Assembly (NCBI GenBank): GCA_051294375.1
Contig: CM119264.1
Location: 3,666,689-3,730,688 of the forward strand
From: Paraspadella gotoi
Taxonomy: Eukaryota > Animalia > Chaetognatha
DNA: 64,000 nucleotides
Direction: 5' to 3'
Shown: positions 13,105 to 26,430 of the stretch, one piece after another
How positions within the stretch are numbered: the stretch's first letter is position 1
Layout: the number at the start of each line of letters is the position of its first letter
Notes under the pieces: model-generated
Databases searched by the model: none
Told to the model about the DNA's origin: nothing
The model's input: the letters and a program-made list of their open reading frames with translations, nothing else
Made by a program: the position numbers and the translations under genes

Positions 13105-16100
13105 GGGTTAACTAATTTCTTTTTCACTCATGCAAGTACAGTGAGAAATATTAATACATCAACTAGATCAAATCTTTGACTTTTCCAACTCGATCTGAAT
13201 TTGATCCTGGATTTCTTTTTTCTGGAACGTGTCAACGTGTATTTCTGGAACGGCTTAGTAAATATTAGATTCTGATTAATTATGTATATTAGTAAAATGA
13301 ACAATTATAACTAGTTAACTATATCTCTAGTGCGTTTTTATCTCATTATCGGGATCGACTCTGATTCGAATATTTCTGCAGTCTTTTGTTTGCTGCTCGC
13401 CCTCTACATTTCTAAGAAAAGTTTTTCGAACTTNNNNNNNNNNNNNNNNNNNNNNNNNNNNNNNNNNNNNNNNNNNNNNNNNNNNNNNNNNNNNNNNNNN
13501 NNNNNNNNNNNNNNNNNNNNNNNNNNNNNNNNNNNNNNNNNNNNNNNNNNNNNNNNNNNNNNNNNNNNNNNNNNNNNNNNNNNNNNNNNNNNNNNNNNNN
13601 NNNNNNNNNNNNNNNNNNNNNNNNNNNNNNNNNNNNNNNNNNNNGCTATCTGGCAAACGTCCATTTTAACTGGAAGTTTTAAACGAAACAACTTGAAATG
13701 TTTAAATAATTGAAATTTTTTTTTTTGATCNNNNNNNNNNNNNNNNNNNNNNNNNATTATCGGGATCGACTCTGATTCGAATATTTCTGCAGTCTTTTGT
13801 TTGCTGCTCGCCTCTACTTTCTAACGAAAAGTTTTCGAACTTATCGCTTTTTATTTTTCTCTTGCCTTTGCATCTTCGTAACTCGTTGTTCATCTGTATG
13901 CTCGGCCGGTTTGGATCCACCGAGTTCGTCGTCGCGACTTCTTTGACGAGGATACCGAAGCGCCCGAACTGTACTGCTATCTGGCAAACGTCCATTTTAA
14001 CTGGAAGTTTTAACGAAACAACTTGAAATGTTTAAATAATTGAAATTTTTTTTTTGATCGAACATTCTCAAATTTTGTATTTCAATGCATTTCAATTCGA
14101 TTTTTTGTCAGCATCGAGAATATCTTTCCTTCCTCTTCCAGGACGTCAGCTAATCTGCTCAGGTGCTCGATTCTCCACTGGTATTCTTTTTATTTACTCG
14201 TCGAGCTGCAAACTCATGGCAACATACTTGTAACCTCCATGATTCGAGATCCTCTTTGTTTGCCTCCCGTTTTCTCCAACGCGTCTTCAAGATTGTCAGG
14301 GGACCCTTCGGCAACTTTAGCTCTTTCCTGGATTCGGAACGACTCTGGACTTTTTGCCTCTTGCACGGTGAGTTCGGACATGCTCGATTTTAATTTGAGC
14401 TGACAATTTTTTCTGAATCAATACTTAATAAAAAAAAAACAACGGAAAAATATGTAATACATAATTAATTCACCTCCGGCCTGTTTTGATATTTTTTCTT
14501 TTGGTATGGTTTCTCATCGCTTTTTGAAATTGAGAAAAAATGCGTTCTTGCGCGTATCTAACTTTGATCCAGCGTTCATAGTAGATTCTTTGTTCGTTTA
14601 TATCGGCTTCTAACTCTTTAATTTTTTTCTCATCGTGATTGTATTTTTCGATTTCTTCAATCATCTCGAGGGTAATGTTGCGTAGAGTGTAGTAGGTCTT
14701 TCGGCTTGTACCGACGTTCTTCGCGTTCTTCGCGTTCTTCCGTCTTCGATCACAACGTTCGTCGCGTCGATCACTCCGATCGTCCTGATAACTATCACGA
14801 TCTTGTCGCGCTGGTCTTTGCGGCGATCCCTTGAGCGCTCATCTCGGCGGTCACCATGCTGATCGTCGCGTCGAGCGCCCTCGCCTTCCCTCTCATTCGC
14901 TCCTTTCTTTCCTCTCGGAGTATTTCCTTCTTCTGCTTCTTTTCTCTTCTTTTTTTCCATCCTCCATCATTTCCTGGACGTCGACCATAATATCTTCAAA
15001 AGATTCCATTGTCATCGTTCCTCCGTTGTTTGGACTTCTTCCATCGAAACGCCGCGCTTTGAAGGAGGATTGGTATTTTGTCGGATGATGCTCAGTGCTT
15101 GCTGTTGTGTCTGCAGAATGCATAGTTGAGTAAGAGCTTCCTCACGTGTGTGATTTAAGTTAATGTTTTCTCTTTTTTTTTCTTTCCTCCCTCCCCCGTC
15201 TAGGTTCTCAACAGAAAGTTCGGCGGCGGACGACGTCGACGGGCGCGGCGAACTTCGACACGAACAGCCAGGGCATTCAATAGGCTTCGACACACCTTCG
15301 GCAACGGGAACTTGAACTACTGACGGCTCAATCGGCGGCGGCGTCGACTTCTCCACCGGCGCCATCGACGAAAACGGCGACGAACAACCGAGGGTTACTA
15401 TCGGCGGCGGTAAAACCGGCGAAGCGAACGTCGGCGGCGGTAACGATGGCAACGGAACCGGCGGTGAAAATGTTACGGGCGGCGGCGGCGGTACTACCCG
15501 CGGCGGCGGCGCGATCGGAACGGGCGGCGGTACAGACGGCGCGGTAATAATCGGCGTACGTGCGGTGATTTGCGGCGCAATGTTACGTGGGCCGGCCGGC
15601 GGCGGCAACTGCAGTTCAGCAACAAGGCTCTTCCTCTGTTCCTCAGGTAAGTTCCTCACAATGTCTAATAATAATTCGTACTCATTCGATCTTGCCTCCC
15701 TTTCCTTTCCTCCCCTCACCGTAGTGATGATAGATTTTGGCACCGTAAGATCCGGCGGAGATTCCTCCACTTGGCGATTGACGGACGTGTGTTCTTCATG
15801 GCGCTCGGCGGGCGGGCGTGCTTCGACGTGCGTGTTGGCGGGCGGGCGTGCGTCGACGCGGCGTTCGCTCCGATGCATCCGGCGGCTCGTGAGACTCCGT
15901 TTTGACATTAACGTACGACCTCCTTCGGATCTGCAGGAATACAGGTCTTCCTCTGAGCTACCTCCGCTCATGCGATTACGATACGTTTCTCTCGCCTTTT
16001 TTTCACTTCTTTCGTTCTCTTTTAGTCTAAATTCGTACTCAACCGCTTTCTGTCTTTCTTCTCTCTCTCTCATCTTAGCATTCAACTTCGCTTTCAACGC

Positions 16101-19100
16101 TTCCTCCTCCTCTCTGATCTCTTTATCAATTCTATCCTTTCTTCGCTTCTTCTATCGCCAAACTTCCTCTCTACTCTCTCCAGGTTGTTACCGTCGTTCC
16201 CTCTTTCCTCGATGATCGAATGCTGACGCTGGATGGTTCTAAGTACGCGGAGATGCCCGTGGCTGACTTCGGCGACGTGCAGACGGACGGCGACGTCGCT
16301 ACCCAATGTTCGACGCGGCGTTCGGCGGGATCACGGCGAGGTGTTCTAAGATTATCAGGTGGGGGATTTTGGGGATTCTCCGGAACGGACGGCACATGAT
16401 CAATTGTAACAGAGCTTTCAATAATCTCATTTTCCTCAACAGATTCCTCAACTCCTTCGTCTACAGACGCCTCATATTCCTCTCAGTAAATAATGGGAAA
16501 CAATGCGCTCAATACGGGCCCGGTACGAATTTACAAGACCGCTCATCAAGAGTATAATTACGCGATCGGTTTCAAGATGCAGGATGTGCGACAACAAATT
16601 GTGCAAGATCAGTGAACATCTCCGGACAGTCACCCGGACCCCTTCGGCCTGTCGGGTCGCCTGGAACCTCCGAAGAAATTTGGCATTATTGTACAATTTT
16701 TCAAATTTGTTTAGTTCGTATTGTAATTCTTTAACCAACCGTCTAACTCCTCTCTCATTTTGATTATTAATGTTATTAAAAATATCCTGGGTTTATGGCC
16801 AAAGTTTCATTCGTCGCCATCTTGAGACGATGGCATTTTTTTTCACAACTCACTTTGCGACAGCTTCGGCTCCAGCCCGTTCTTACCGGCCCGATCACAA
16901 AAGATCCGGCCGAATCGTTTTTCAGAAAAAAGATCCGGCTCCCGTGCTGGTGCCCTTATCGATTGGCTCCCACTTTCTTCCGAATTCCTCAAACTGTTCA
17001 CAAGAGCAACTGTGATCCAAGGTTANNNNNNNNNNNNNNNNNNNNNNNNNCGATCGGTTTCAAGTGCAGGATGTGCGACAACAAATTGTGCAAGATCAGT
17101 GAACATTCTCCGGACAGTCACCCGGACCCCTTCGGCCTGTTCGGGTCGCCTGGACCTCCGAAGAAATTTGGACCATTATTGTACAATTTTTCAAATTTCG
17201 TTTAGTTCGTATTGTAATTCTTTAACCAACCGTCTACACTCCTCTCTCATTTTGATTATTAATGTGATTAAAAATTCCTGCGGTTTAATGGCCAAAGTTC
17301 ATCGTCGCCCATCTTGAGCTGATGGCATTTTTTTCACAACTCTACTTTGCGACAGCTTCGTGGCTCCAGCCGTTCTTACCGGCCCGATCCAAAAGATCCG
17401 GCGAATCGGTTTTTCAGAAAATAAAGATCCGGCTCCCGTGGGTGCCCTTATCGATTGGCTCCCACTTTCTTCCCGAATTCCTCAAACTGCTTCCAACGAG
17501 CAACTGGTGATCTCAAGGTTATGATTTATATTAGACCCAAAAACCGGACGCCAAAGTTCCTCACAGTTCCAGGCTCTTCGGCTCATTTTCTTTAATTTTT
17601 AATTTAGTTTAGTTTAAGATTGAATCCCGTAGGGACAGTTTAGATCTTAATCATTAAGTAACAGTCAGTTGCTATAGCCTCAGCTAAAACTTTCCTTATC
17701 TCCATTGAGCCCGTGTATCATTAACGAAGTTGATTTATTTTGTAGTAGGCTGCCTCGTTGTGATCCGATTTTTAATGATCCTTCAAAGGCACAATGAGTA
17801 AGTTCATGTCACAATAATCATAACTTCATTGCACAGTAATAACATACTAGTGGCGTCCATTCCGGGCAGCTGTACGAAAGTCGATGCTTCATTTGTCGTT
17901 CATCTCTCGTCCGCGGGCGATCCCTGGCGATTCACTTTTACTGTTATAACTTTTCTATCCGTAGTCTACGTATCAACAAATGATCAGTGTTTATACATCG
18001 ACGCCCAAGTATCACACGCGATCTGACGATCTCTCTTAACAAGAAGTTGGAATCACACTCGAAGAATATAGGCACTAAGTGGCGCTGAAGATGACTATCC
18101 GCAACTTCTTTAACCCCTCTAGCAGCCTTTGGAACTGGTCCGGGGCTTGGAACCAGGCTTGAAAGTTTTCCATACCCAAGGTGGCTTACATCCTCACGCT
18201 TCCCAAGCCGGTACCTAGTGGTCATGATGCTGATAGCTTTACTCAATGCTATGCCGTGTATGAGTGAGAGAGAGAGAGAGAGAAGAGAGGGAGAGAGGGA
18301 GAGAAAGAGAAAAAAGAGAGAGAGAAAGAAAAAAGAGAGAGAGAGATTAGAGAAGCCCGCGCCGCTGAGAGCTGAGAGAGAGAGCTAGTTGCTACAAAAG
18401 CGTAACGACAACGACTGACGACGGAACACAGATAGCAATGCCCTAACGATTAACTACGTCTGGCGAGATAAAAACGGACAAGTTTCAACTCTGATTTTTG
18501 AGACTTGTACGTGAAAATTAGACTCAAAACATGTCCGTATTTTTAAATATAAAAACGCATTGTTTGTAAACAAATAAACCTATATTTTCTTTAACTTTTT
18601 TATGTAATACTTTATACATATTATACCTATTCCTTCCCTGTGATTCATTAAACTAAAAAAATTAAATAAACTCCTTTACCCATTATAATAATGTCAATTA
18701 TTATCATCATTTCTACGAAGCCGTACAATTGTCCATGGCGCCGTCTCCTTTCACCAACCCCAAGTCCTTCAGATCTTCTGACTTCCGCAGTCCGACTGGA
18801 CGAGCCCCTTGACGGAAGAGTCGGTGAAATGCTGTCGGGGGAAGTTCCCATATTTGTAGGCCTTCACTTCCGAAATGTCTTCCCGAGAGTCTGCTCGTGG
18901 TGAAGAAGAGAGTTGTTCGCTCATCTTACTTTTCAAGAAATAAACGTCCTTATAATCAAAATAGGAGTCCTTTAATGCATAGGTATTTCACATAAAATAT
19001 GTTAGTGAAAACAATTAACGTATGTCCAGCATAATTCTGCTTAGCATTACATTTCGAAGAATTAGTCATACAAATTTTTTTAGTCTTGTTACATTCAAGT

Positions 19101-21310
19101 ATTTCAATGCGTTATATAATATATCAATATCAATATATATAGAATACTGTAAGTTTATCGCTCCAATAAGTTTTTTAATTTATGTTTTTATAATCTCAAG
19201 TATGCAAATAATGAATGATCTATAGGTAAAATTGGGTATTTGCATTCTTAAGTTAATATTTAGTCTTTTAGATATTAAACATTGTGATTACCTAATAATA
19301 ATAATAATATATAATATAATAAATAATAATAATAATAATAATAATTAATAAGTTTATATTTTCTCGGCAGCTGCATCAATATCATAGTTAATTAGGTATA
19401 TCAGCTTTGGTTTCAGGCCATCTTACATAGTACGTAAAGTCGTATAATTAAATATTAGGCATACAAAAGTTTGACCCCAAGCCAGAAAATGAAGAATATT
19501 AAAGGAGATGATCTTATTACCAATATTGGTGACCTCTCTATCGGCCCATTCTGTAAAATTGTAAAGATCTCGTTATAATTTATAATATATATTATATATA
19601 ATTATATATATATTTTATAATATAAAACAACTTCAGGTGCTGACGAAAATTTTGACACAATTTAGAAGACACGAGAGGTCCCTCTATGAGGTGAAAACAA
19701 TACGCAACAAAAAAAAAGAATTTTAATTTTTTTCAGTGAATTGAAAACGTTTTGAACCTTCCAGATTTGCCAAACCTGTCGACTCACTGTCTCGGATTTA
19801 ATTTTGCGCATCATATTCATCGGGATAAAGTAAAGAGTAGCGCGTAAAATAAGAAAAAATTGACATTATTATAACTTTCTTGAATTCATTTTTTCATTTT
19901 GATCGCGAAAAATGAATTAAAAAAAAGAAAAAACGTGATACAAACTAAGAAAAAATTTGCTGCAAAAGTGTGATAAAAATACATTTGTGTTTCAGGTGCT
20001 ACAGTAGAAAGCCACGGGACATTACGGGTAGAAAATTAATACAATCGTTAATCGATGTTATCGATGTACCAACACCAAATTTGGCATACAGCTTCTTAAC
20101 ACCATAATGGAACTTTTCTATTGAGGATACCAAAAATTTTTTAAATGTTATCAGATTATCTCTTTTTGTTTACAAATTCTTATTAAGCCTGATTAAATGA
20201 ACCTTCTTAACCATATTTAATAAATTTTTTTTAAAAACAATCAAAGAGAAATCCTGATTTTCATATTTTTTAAGGAACTTGAACATCCTTTAAAAAGGTT
20301 AAAAGATGTTCCAATTAAAAAAATTTTAAATTCTTTAAAAATTATAAATAATATAATATAAATTTTTATTCAAATCTATTGATAAATAAAAAAATAGCTG
20401 CACCTCATATATTGATAACCACTCCAACATCCTCTAATTATGAGAATATCACCTGGAATTTTGGTCTCCTCAACTGAAAAGTTGCATTTTGGTATTAAGA
20501 AACTGTGTGCCAAATTTGGTCGTAGTATTCCAAAATTAAATGTCAAAACTTAAGCTTACTTCAATTGTCATTGGTCGGACTCTTGAACCAAACAAAGATG
20601 TAAAATGCTGTGTGATAAATTGTTTTTAATATGGTAGGATTGATTGTTTATATATTATATAACAATAACCTTAAATATTTTATTCTTTCCTAATTTAAAT
20701 TTTCTATGTTAAACTTTACAAACAAACGATAGATGTTCCAATTAGCAAAAAGCCATTGTTGTGGGCTCCGAGCGATCGCTTCATGAAAATAATGAATGAC
20801 TATTGATAAAATTAGGTATTTATATTCTTAAGTTTTTATTTAGTATTTTACATATTTAATTTGTTGATTATGTAATAATAATAAATATTTATTAATTTTC
20901 TAGCATCCGCATCAATACATAGTTATTAAGGCGTAGTAAAATTTCTAAATTTAACTTTAATTAAAATTCTAAAGTGAGGAACGAACCATTATACTAATGA
21001 ACATTTATGTAATAAAAAATGTATAATTAAATTTACAATTTATGCAGTAGGCCATATTTATACTATAGTACTAATCCAATAAATGTTAAAATTTCAAAAC
21101 AGTTTTTTCTATGATTTTTTTGCAGATTTGAAGTCGTCATAAAAACTTGATAAAAGAAATATAACTCTTTTTGAAAAATTCTTTCATTAAGTGGGTAAAA
21201 TTAGAAAAGCTATATTTTAAGCTGAAAATTAACTTTTTATATATTAAATATTGTTTTATAAGGATCGATTTTATAAGGATAATACTATATATAAATATAG
21301 CCTACTGCAA
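13105..21310. repeat. Copy 2 (noisy part) of the duplication, with local re-duplications after N spacers at ~13756 and ~17051
   Basis: Colinear with 2870-10110. Sequence after each ~25-N spacer repeats sequence lying just before it. Confidence 0.85.
15012..16097 (-). CDS. Longest open piece (361 aa) of the low-complexity Pro-rich hypothetical protein, copy 2 (whole locus ~13327-17585)
   Basis: ORF track shows a charged N-terminal part (REREERQKAVEYEFRLKENE), then a Pro-rich block and a CPGCSC motif. The same protein is at 4330-5430 in copy 1. Confidence 0.5.
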   Translation of the reverse strand: MKAKLNAKMREREERQKAVEYEFRLKENERSEKKARETYRNRMSGGSSEEDLYSCRSEGGRTLMSKRSLTSRRMHRSERRVDARPPANTHVEARPPAERHEEHTSVNRQVEESPPDLTVPKSIITTVRGGKEREARSNEYELLLDIVRNLPEEQRKSLVAELQLPPPAGPRNIAPQITARTPIITAPSVPPPVPIAPPPRVVPPPPPVTFSPPVPLPSLPPPTFASPVLPPPIVTLGCSSPFSSMAPVEKSTPPPIEPSVVQVPVAEGVSKPIECPGCSCRSSPRPSTSSAAELSVENLDGGGRKEKKRENINLNHTREEALTQLCILQTQQQALSIIRQNTNPPSKRGVSMEEVQTTEER

Positions 21311-21695
21311 AAAATCTCTCTCTTTTNNNNNNNNNNNNNNNNNNNNNNNNNTCTTGTTACATTCAAGTATTTCAATGCGTTATATATATATCAATATCAA
21401 TATATAAGAATACTGTAAGTCTATCGCCTCCAATAAGTTTTTTAATTTATGTTTTTATAATTCCAAGTATGCAAATAATGAATGACTATAGGTAAAATTG
21501 NNNNNNNNNNTGCGTTATATATATATATCAATATCAATATATAAGAATACTGTATGTCTATCACCTCCAATAAGTTTTTTAATTTATGTTTTTATAGTTC
21601 CAAGTACGCAAATAATGAATACTATAGGTAAAATTGGGTATTTGCATTCTTAAAGTTAATATTTAGTCTTTTAGATATTAAACATTGTGATTACC

Positions 21696-21803
<108 letters not shown>

Positions 21804-21899
21804 GTTTATATTTTCTCGCAGCTGCATCAATACATAGTTAATTAGTTGTACAGCTTTGGTTTCAGGCCATCTTACATAGTACGTAAAGTCGTATAATTA

Positions 21900-23235
21900 A
21901 ATATTAGGCATACAAAAGTTTGACCAAAGCCAGAAAATGAAGAATATTAAAGGAGATCATTACCAATATTGGTGACCTCTCTATCGGCCCATTCTGTAAA
22001 ATTGTAAAGAATCTCGTTATAATTTATAATATATATTATATAATTTATATATATATTTTATAATATAAAACAACTTCAGGTGCTGACGAAAATTTTGACA
22101 CAATTTAGAAGACAGAGAGGTCCCTATATGAGGTGAAAAAAATATGCAACAAAAAAAATAATTTTAAAATTTTTTCAGTTGAGATTGAAAACGTTTTGAA
22201 CCTTCCAGATTTGCCAAACCTGTCGACTCACTGTCTCGGATTTAATTTTGCGACCATATTCATTGAGGATAAAGTAAAGAGTAGCGCGTAAAATTAAGAA
22301 AAAAATTGACATTATTATAACTTTCTTGAATTCATTTTTCATTTTGATCGCGAAAAATGAATTAAAAAAAAGAAAAAACGTGATACAAACTAAGAAAAAA
22401 ATTTGCCGAAAGTGTGATAAAAATACATTTGTGTTTCAGGTGCTACAGTAGAAAGCCACGGGACATTCACGGGTAGAAAATTAATACAATCGTTAATCGA
22501 TGTTATCGATGTACCAACACCAAATTTGGCATACAGCTTCTTAACACCATAATGGAACTTTTCTATTGAGGATACCAAAAATTTGCTAAATGTTATCAGA
22601 TTATTCCTTAGTTTACAAATTCTTATTAAGCCTGATTAAATGAACCTTCTTACCATATTTAATAATTTTTTTAAAAACAATCAAAGAGAAATCCATATTT
22701 TCATATTTTTAAGAGACAAACCACTTGAACATCCTTTAAAAAGGTTAAAAGATGTTCCAATTAAAAAAAAATTTTAAATTCTTTAAAAATTATAAATAAT
22801 ATGAATATAAATTTTTATTCAAATCTATTGATAAATAAAAAAATAGCTGCACCTCATATATTGATAAGCCACTCCAACATCCTCTAATTATGAGGATATC
22901 ACCTGGAATTTTTGGTCTCCTCAACTGAAAAGTTGCATTTTGGTATTAAGAAACTGTGTGCCAAATTTGGTGCTAGTATTCCAAAATTAAATGTCAAAAC
23001 TTAAGCTACTTCAATTGTCAATTGGTCGGACTCTTGAACCAAACAAAGATGTAAAATGTTGTGATAAATTGTTTTTAAATTTGGTAGGATTGATTGTTTA
23101 TATATTATATAACAATAACCTTAAATATTTTTATTTCATTTCCTAATTTAAAATTTTCTATGTTAAACTTTACAAACAAACGATAGATGTTCCAATTAGC
23201 AAAAAGCCATTGTTGTGGGCTCCGAGCGATCGCTT
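21900..23235 (-). pseudogene. Older tandem, deleted duplicate of the XK/membrane locus (3' half of the 342-aa ORF, intronic TIR element, 3' end of the XK ORF)
   Basis: 21900-22505 resembles 24215-24795 and 22610-23235 resembles 26010-26670. It has substitutions, an AT insertion at ~22020-22065 and a ~500-bp deletion. Noisy copies lie at 8250-9570 and 19450-20780. Confidence 0.75.
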
Positions 23236-23380
23236 CATGAAAATAATGAATGACTATTGATAAAATTAGGTATTTATATTCTTAAAGTTTTTATTTAGTA
23301 TTTTACATATTTAATTTTGTGATTATGTAATAATAATAATATTTATTAATTTTCTAGCATCCGCATCAATACATAGTTAT

Positions 23381-23876
23381 TAAGGCGTAGTAAAATTTCT
23401 AAATTTAACTTTAATTAAAATTCTAAAAGTGAGGAACGAACAACATTATACTAATGAACATTTATGTAATAAAAAATGTATAATTAATTTTACAATTTAT
23501 GCAGTAGGCCATATTTATACTAGTAGTACTAATCCAATAAATGTTAAAATTTCAAAACAGTTTTTTCTATGATTTTTTTGCAGATTTGAAGTCGTCATAA
23601 AAACTTGATAAAAAGAAATATAACTCTTTTTGAAAAATTCTTTCATTAAGGGGGTAAAAATTAGAAAAAGCTATATTTTAAGCTGAAAATTAACTTTTTA
23701 TATATTAAATATTGTTTTTATAAGGATCGATTTTATAAGGATAATACTATATATAAATATAGCCTACTGCAAAAATTAAAAAACATAAAATTATTTTTAC
23801 AAATTAATATTTACTGATGGTATGTTGTTCATAATTGTCTTTTAGAATTTCCGTATGTAACTTTCACAACGCTCTA
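23381..23876. mobile_element. Internally deleted copy of the TAAGGCGTAG MITE, opposite orientation to 52471-53086
   Basis: Starts taaggcgtagtaaaatttctaaat and ends with the degenerate TIR actttcacaacgctcta. It is the reverse complement of parts of 52471-53086. Noisy copies start at 9717 and 20927. Confidence 0.8.
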
Positions 23877-24064
23877 GCCATTATATATTATATATATTAT
23901 TTATTAAATGAATGGATAATTTTTATATTGGTTGTACCAATTTCATTAGTATATTTTTTCTTTCTTTTTCTTTGGTTTAGAATTTGATATAAGAAATTAT
24001 TTGTTGGAAATATATTGTTCTCTCTCTCTCTCTCTTTTTTACTTTAGAGCAAAACTTAATTTAA

Positions 24065-24123
24065 TTCACACTGATGAAGGTCTGAAACTAAGACCCAAAC
24101 ATGTCTGATCTTTTTCAATAAAA
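24065..24123 (+). ncRNA. Degenerate minimal type I hammerhead-ribozyme-like motif (Penelope-type), probably inactive
   Basis: CTGATGA (24071), stem ggtct/agacc, cAAAC-AT-GTC with palindromic ACATGT, then AATAAA ~12 nt later. The catalytic G of GAAA reads C and stem I is weak. Confidence 0.45.
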
Positions 24124-24222
24124 TTTGTTGAGAAAACAAAGGAAACGGATCCTCGGGAGAGGGAGGGGAAGAGGAGGATGAGGATCGAGCTTATAACAAA
24201 TTATATGATATATAATTATATA

Positions 24223-25251
24223 TTACGCATACAAAAGTATGACCAAAGCCGGAAAAATGAAGTATATCAAAGCGGATTCATTAGCAAAATCGGTGACCTC
24301 TCTATCGGCCCATTCTGTAAAATTGTAAAGAATCTCGTTATAAAACGACTTCAGGTGCTGACGAAAATTTGGACATGATCTAGAAGAAAGAGAGATCCCC
24401 CAACGAGGTTGAAACAATTCGCAACAAATTAAGGCATTTTTAAATTTTTTCAGCTGAGAGTGAAAACTCTCGTTTTGAATCTTCCCGGTTTGCCAAATCT
24501 GGCGACTCACTGTCTCGGATTTAATTTCGCGTCCGTAGCCATCGAGGATAAAGTAAAGAGTCGCGTAAAATAAAGAAAAAATCGACATTAAGATGAATTT
24601 TTTAACAAATTCACGTTTTTCATTTTTCATTTTGATCGCAAAAAGAGAATTGAAAAAAGGAAAAAACGTGATACAAACTAAGAAAAAGAAATTTTCGCTG
24701 AAAGTATGATACAAATACATTTGTGTTTCTAGTGCTTCGGTAGAAAGCCACGGGACTTTCATGGGTAGAAAATTAATACAATCGTTAATCGATGTAAATG
24801 CGTCCAAATATTTATTGAAGTTGAAACGTCGAATTTTAAAAAAAATCAAATATGTGACGAAAAAAGAAAAGAACAAAGAGAAAAGAATGTGCGCGCAATG
24901 TAGTATTTTGCTTTGAGCTCTCGAAAAGATCTTTTTTACAATGAGTAAAAATAATGAAAAAATGACTAATGGACAAAAAGCAGCGATGAGGACATCAATT
25001 GAAGAATATATTTCGTGTTTTATTGATTTTTGTAATCGCTCGACATTAATTTTTTCATAAAGGACCAAAACTTCCCAAACTCCAAAAAAAACCACCAATT
25101 CAAAAACTAAAATTAAACTCAAAAGTTTTTTGTGGAGCCTTAACAGAAACATTGAATCCAGTATTAAAATTATCGCTTCCAACAAAATAAACATGTATAT
25201 AATAGTTTCTTCAGAAGAAAACAACACGGCGTTTCCGAGAAATATTTTCAT
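24223..25251 (-). CDS. Multi-pass membrane ORF (342 aa, ~7 hydrophobic segments); probably exon 2 of the XK-related gene, with a tetraspanin-like C-terminal half
   Basis: Intact ORF in AT-rich DNA. IIYMFILLEAIIL and FFGVWEVLVLYEKIN resemble the last two XK helices. An in-frame cag|TAT ATG acceptor has two CTAAC motifs upstream. The LYA-stop is conserved in the pseudogene copy. Confidence 0.75.
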   Translation of the reverse strand: MKIFLGNAVLFSSEETIIYMFILLEAIILILDSMFLLRLHKKLLSLILVFELVVFFGVWEVLVLYEKINVERLQKSIKHEIYSSIDVLIAAFCPLVIFSLFLLIVKKIFSRAQSKILHCAHILFSLFFSFFVTYLIFFKIRRFNFNKYLDAFTSINDCINFLPMKVPWLSTEALETQMYLYHTFSENFFFLVCITFFPFFNSLFAIKMKNEKREFVKKFILMSIFSLFYATLYFILDGYGREIKSETVSRQIWQTGKIQNESFHSQLKKFKNALICCELFQPRWGISLSSRSCPNFRQHLKSFYNEILYNFTEWADREVTDFANESALIYFIFPALVILLYA

Positions 25252-25286
25252 ATACTGACATCGGTTAGGTTGTTAGGCAAAAGAAT

Positions 25287-26422
25287 ATTTAATTTTGTGA
25301 TACCAACACCAAATTTGGCATACAGCTTCTGAACACCATAATTAGCCACACCCGATGAAATTTAAATGCTAATGTAAACAGTGTTAAAATAATCTATCTT
25401 GAGCCTGTCCAAAGTCAGGGGCAAGATAGCTTATTTATTAAAATAAATGGATAATTTTTATATTGGTTGTATCAATTTCATAGATTTATGTATTATAATA
25501 TTTTTTGCTTTCTTCTAAGGGTACTCGCCTGATTAAATTTTTTATATTATTGTATAAAAAATTTTTTGTTTTAAATCCTAAAATTTTTTGATAGATTCTG
25601 ATAGAGCATAAAAAGTTAAACAAAAAATATAATTACAGCTTTTAAAAATTCTTATTTCTCATTAAAAATTGTAAAAACTGATAAAATCGTTGAATAATGA
25701 TGATGATGACGATTTTTTATGGTTAAAAATAATTAAAAAAGAATTATACTTCATGATAGACAAACTTTTTATAAGCTATCTGAATCTGGTCTTAAAATTT
25801 AAAAATTTCTTAAAATATTTTTGGCCTTTCCTATCTATAAATAAATATTTAAAAAATAATTACTAGAGTATAGACTATAGAGCCATGTATTAAATTTTGT
25901 ATGAGCATGTACTCACTCTAAATTTTTGACTCACCCATTGAGTCGGCTACCCCTACCATAATGCAATTTGAGATGGTCTTCTCCTGCTAAATATTATCGG
26001 ATTTTTTTTTGTTAAAAATTCTTATTAAGCCTGATTAAATGAACCTTCTTACCATGTTTCAAATTTTTTTTGAAAAAAACAGTATTTACACACAATAAAA
26101 ACAATCAAAAAGAAATCTTGATTTTCATATTTTTAGGGGACAAACCACTTGAACATCCTTTAAAAAGGTGAAGACATGCTCCAATTTCAAAAATGTTTTT
26201 TTTTAAATTCTGTAAAAATTATAAATAATATAAATATAAATTTATATTTAAATCTATTGATAAATGAAAAAAATAGCTATACTTCATATATTGATGAGCC
26301 CCTTCAACAGCCGCAAATTATGAATAGACCACCTCAAATTTTTGGTCTCCTCCACTGAAAGGTTGCATTATGGTATTAAGAAACTGTGTGCCAAATTTGG
26401 TGCTGGGATTCCAAAATTAAAT
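25287..26422. mobile_element. MITE-like element with ~55-60 bp imperfect TIRs filling the space between the two membrane ORFs
   Basis: atttaattttgtgataccaacaccaaatttggcatacagcttctgaacaccataat (left) is the near reverse complement of attatggtattaagaaactgtgtgccaaatttggtgctgggattccaaaattaaat (right). A shorter copy lies at ~22513-22992. Confidence 0.7.
25343..25954. mobile_element. Nested insertion in the left TIR of the 25287-26422 element, hAT-like
   Basis: Flanked by the duplicated accataat (25335-25342 and 25955-25962). Ends are tagcc...ggctacccct(a). It is absent from the paralogous site at ~22547. Confidence 0.6.
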
Positions 26423-26430
26423 GTCAAAAC

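Noticed and set aside
24223-25251. Stand-alone 7TM chemoreceptor or GPCR
   Set aside because: No GPCR motifs; the first two helices fit the XK C-terminus better.
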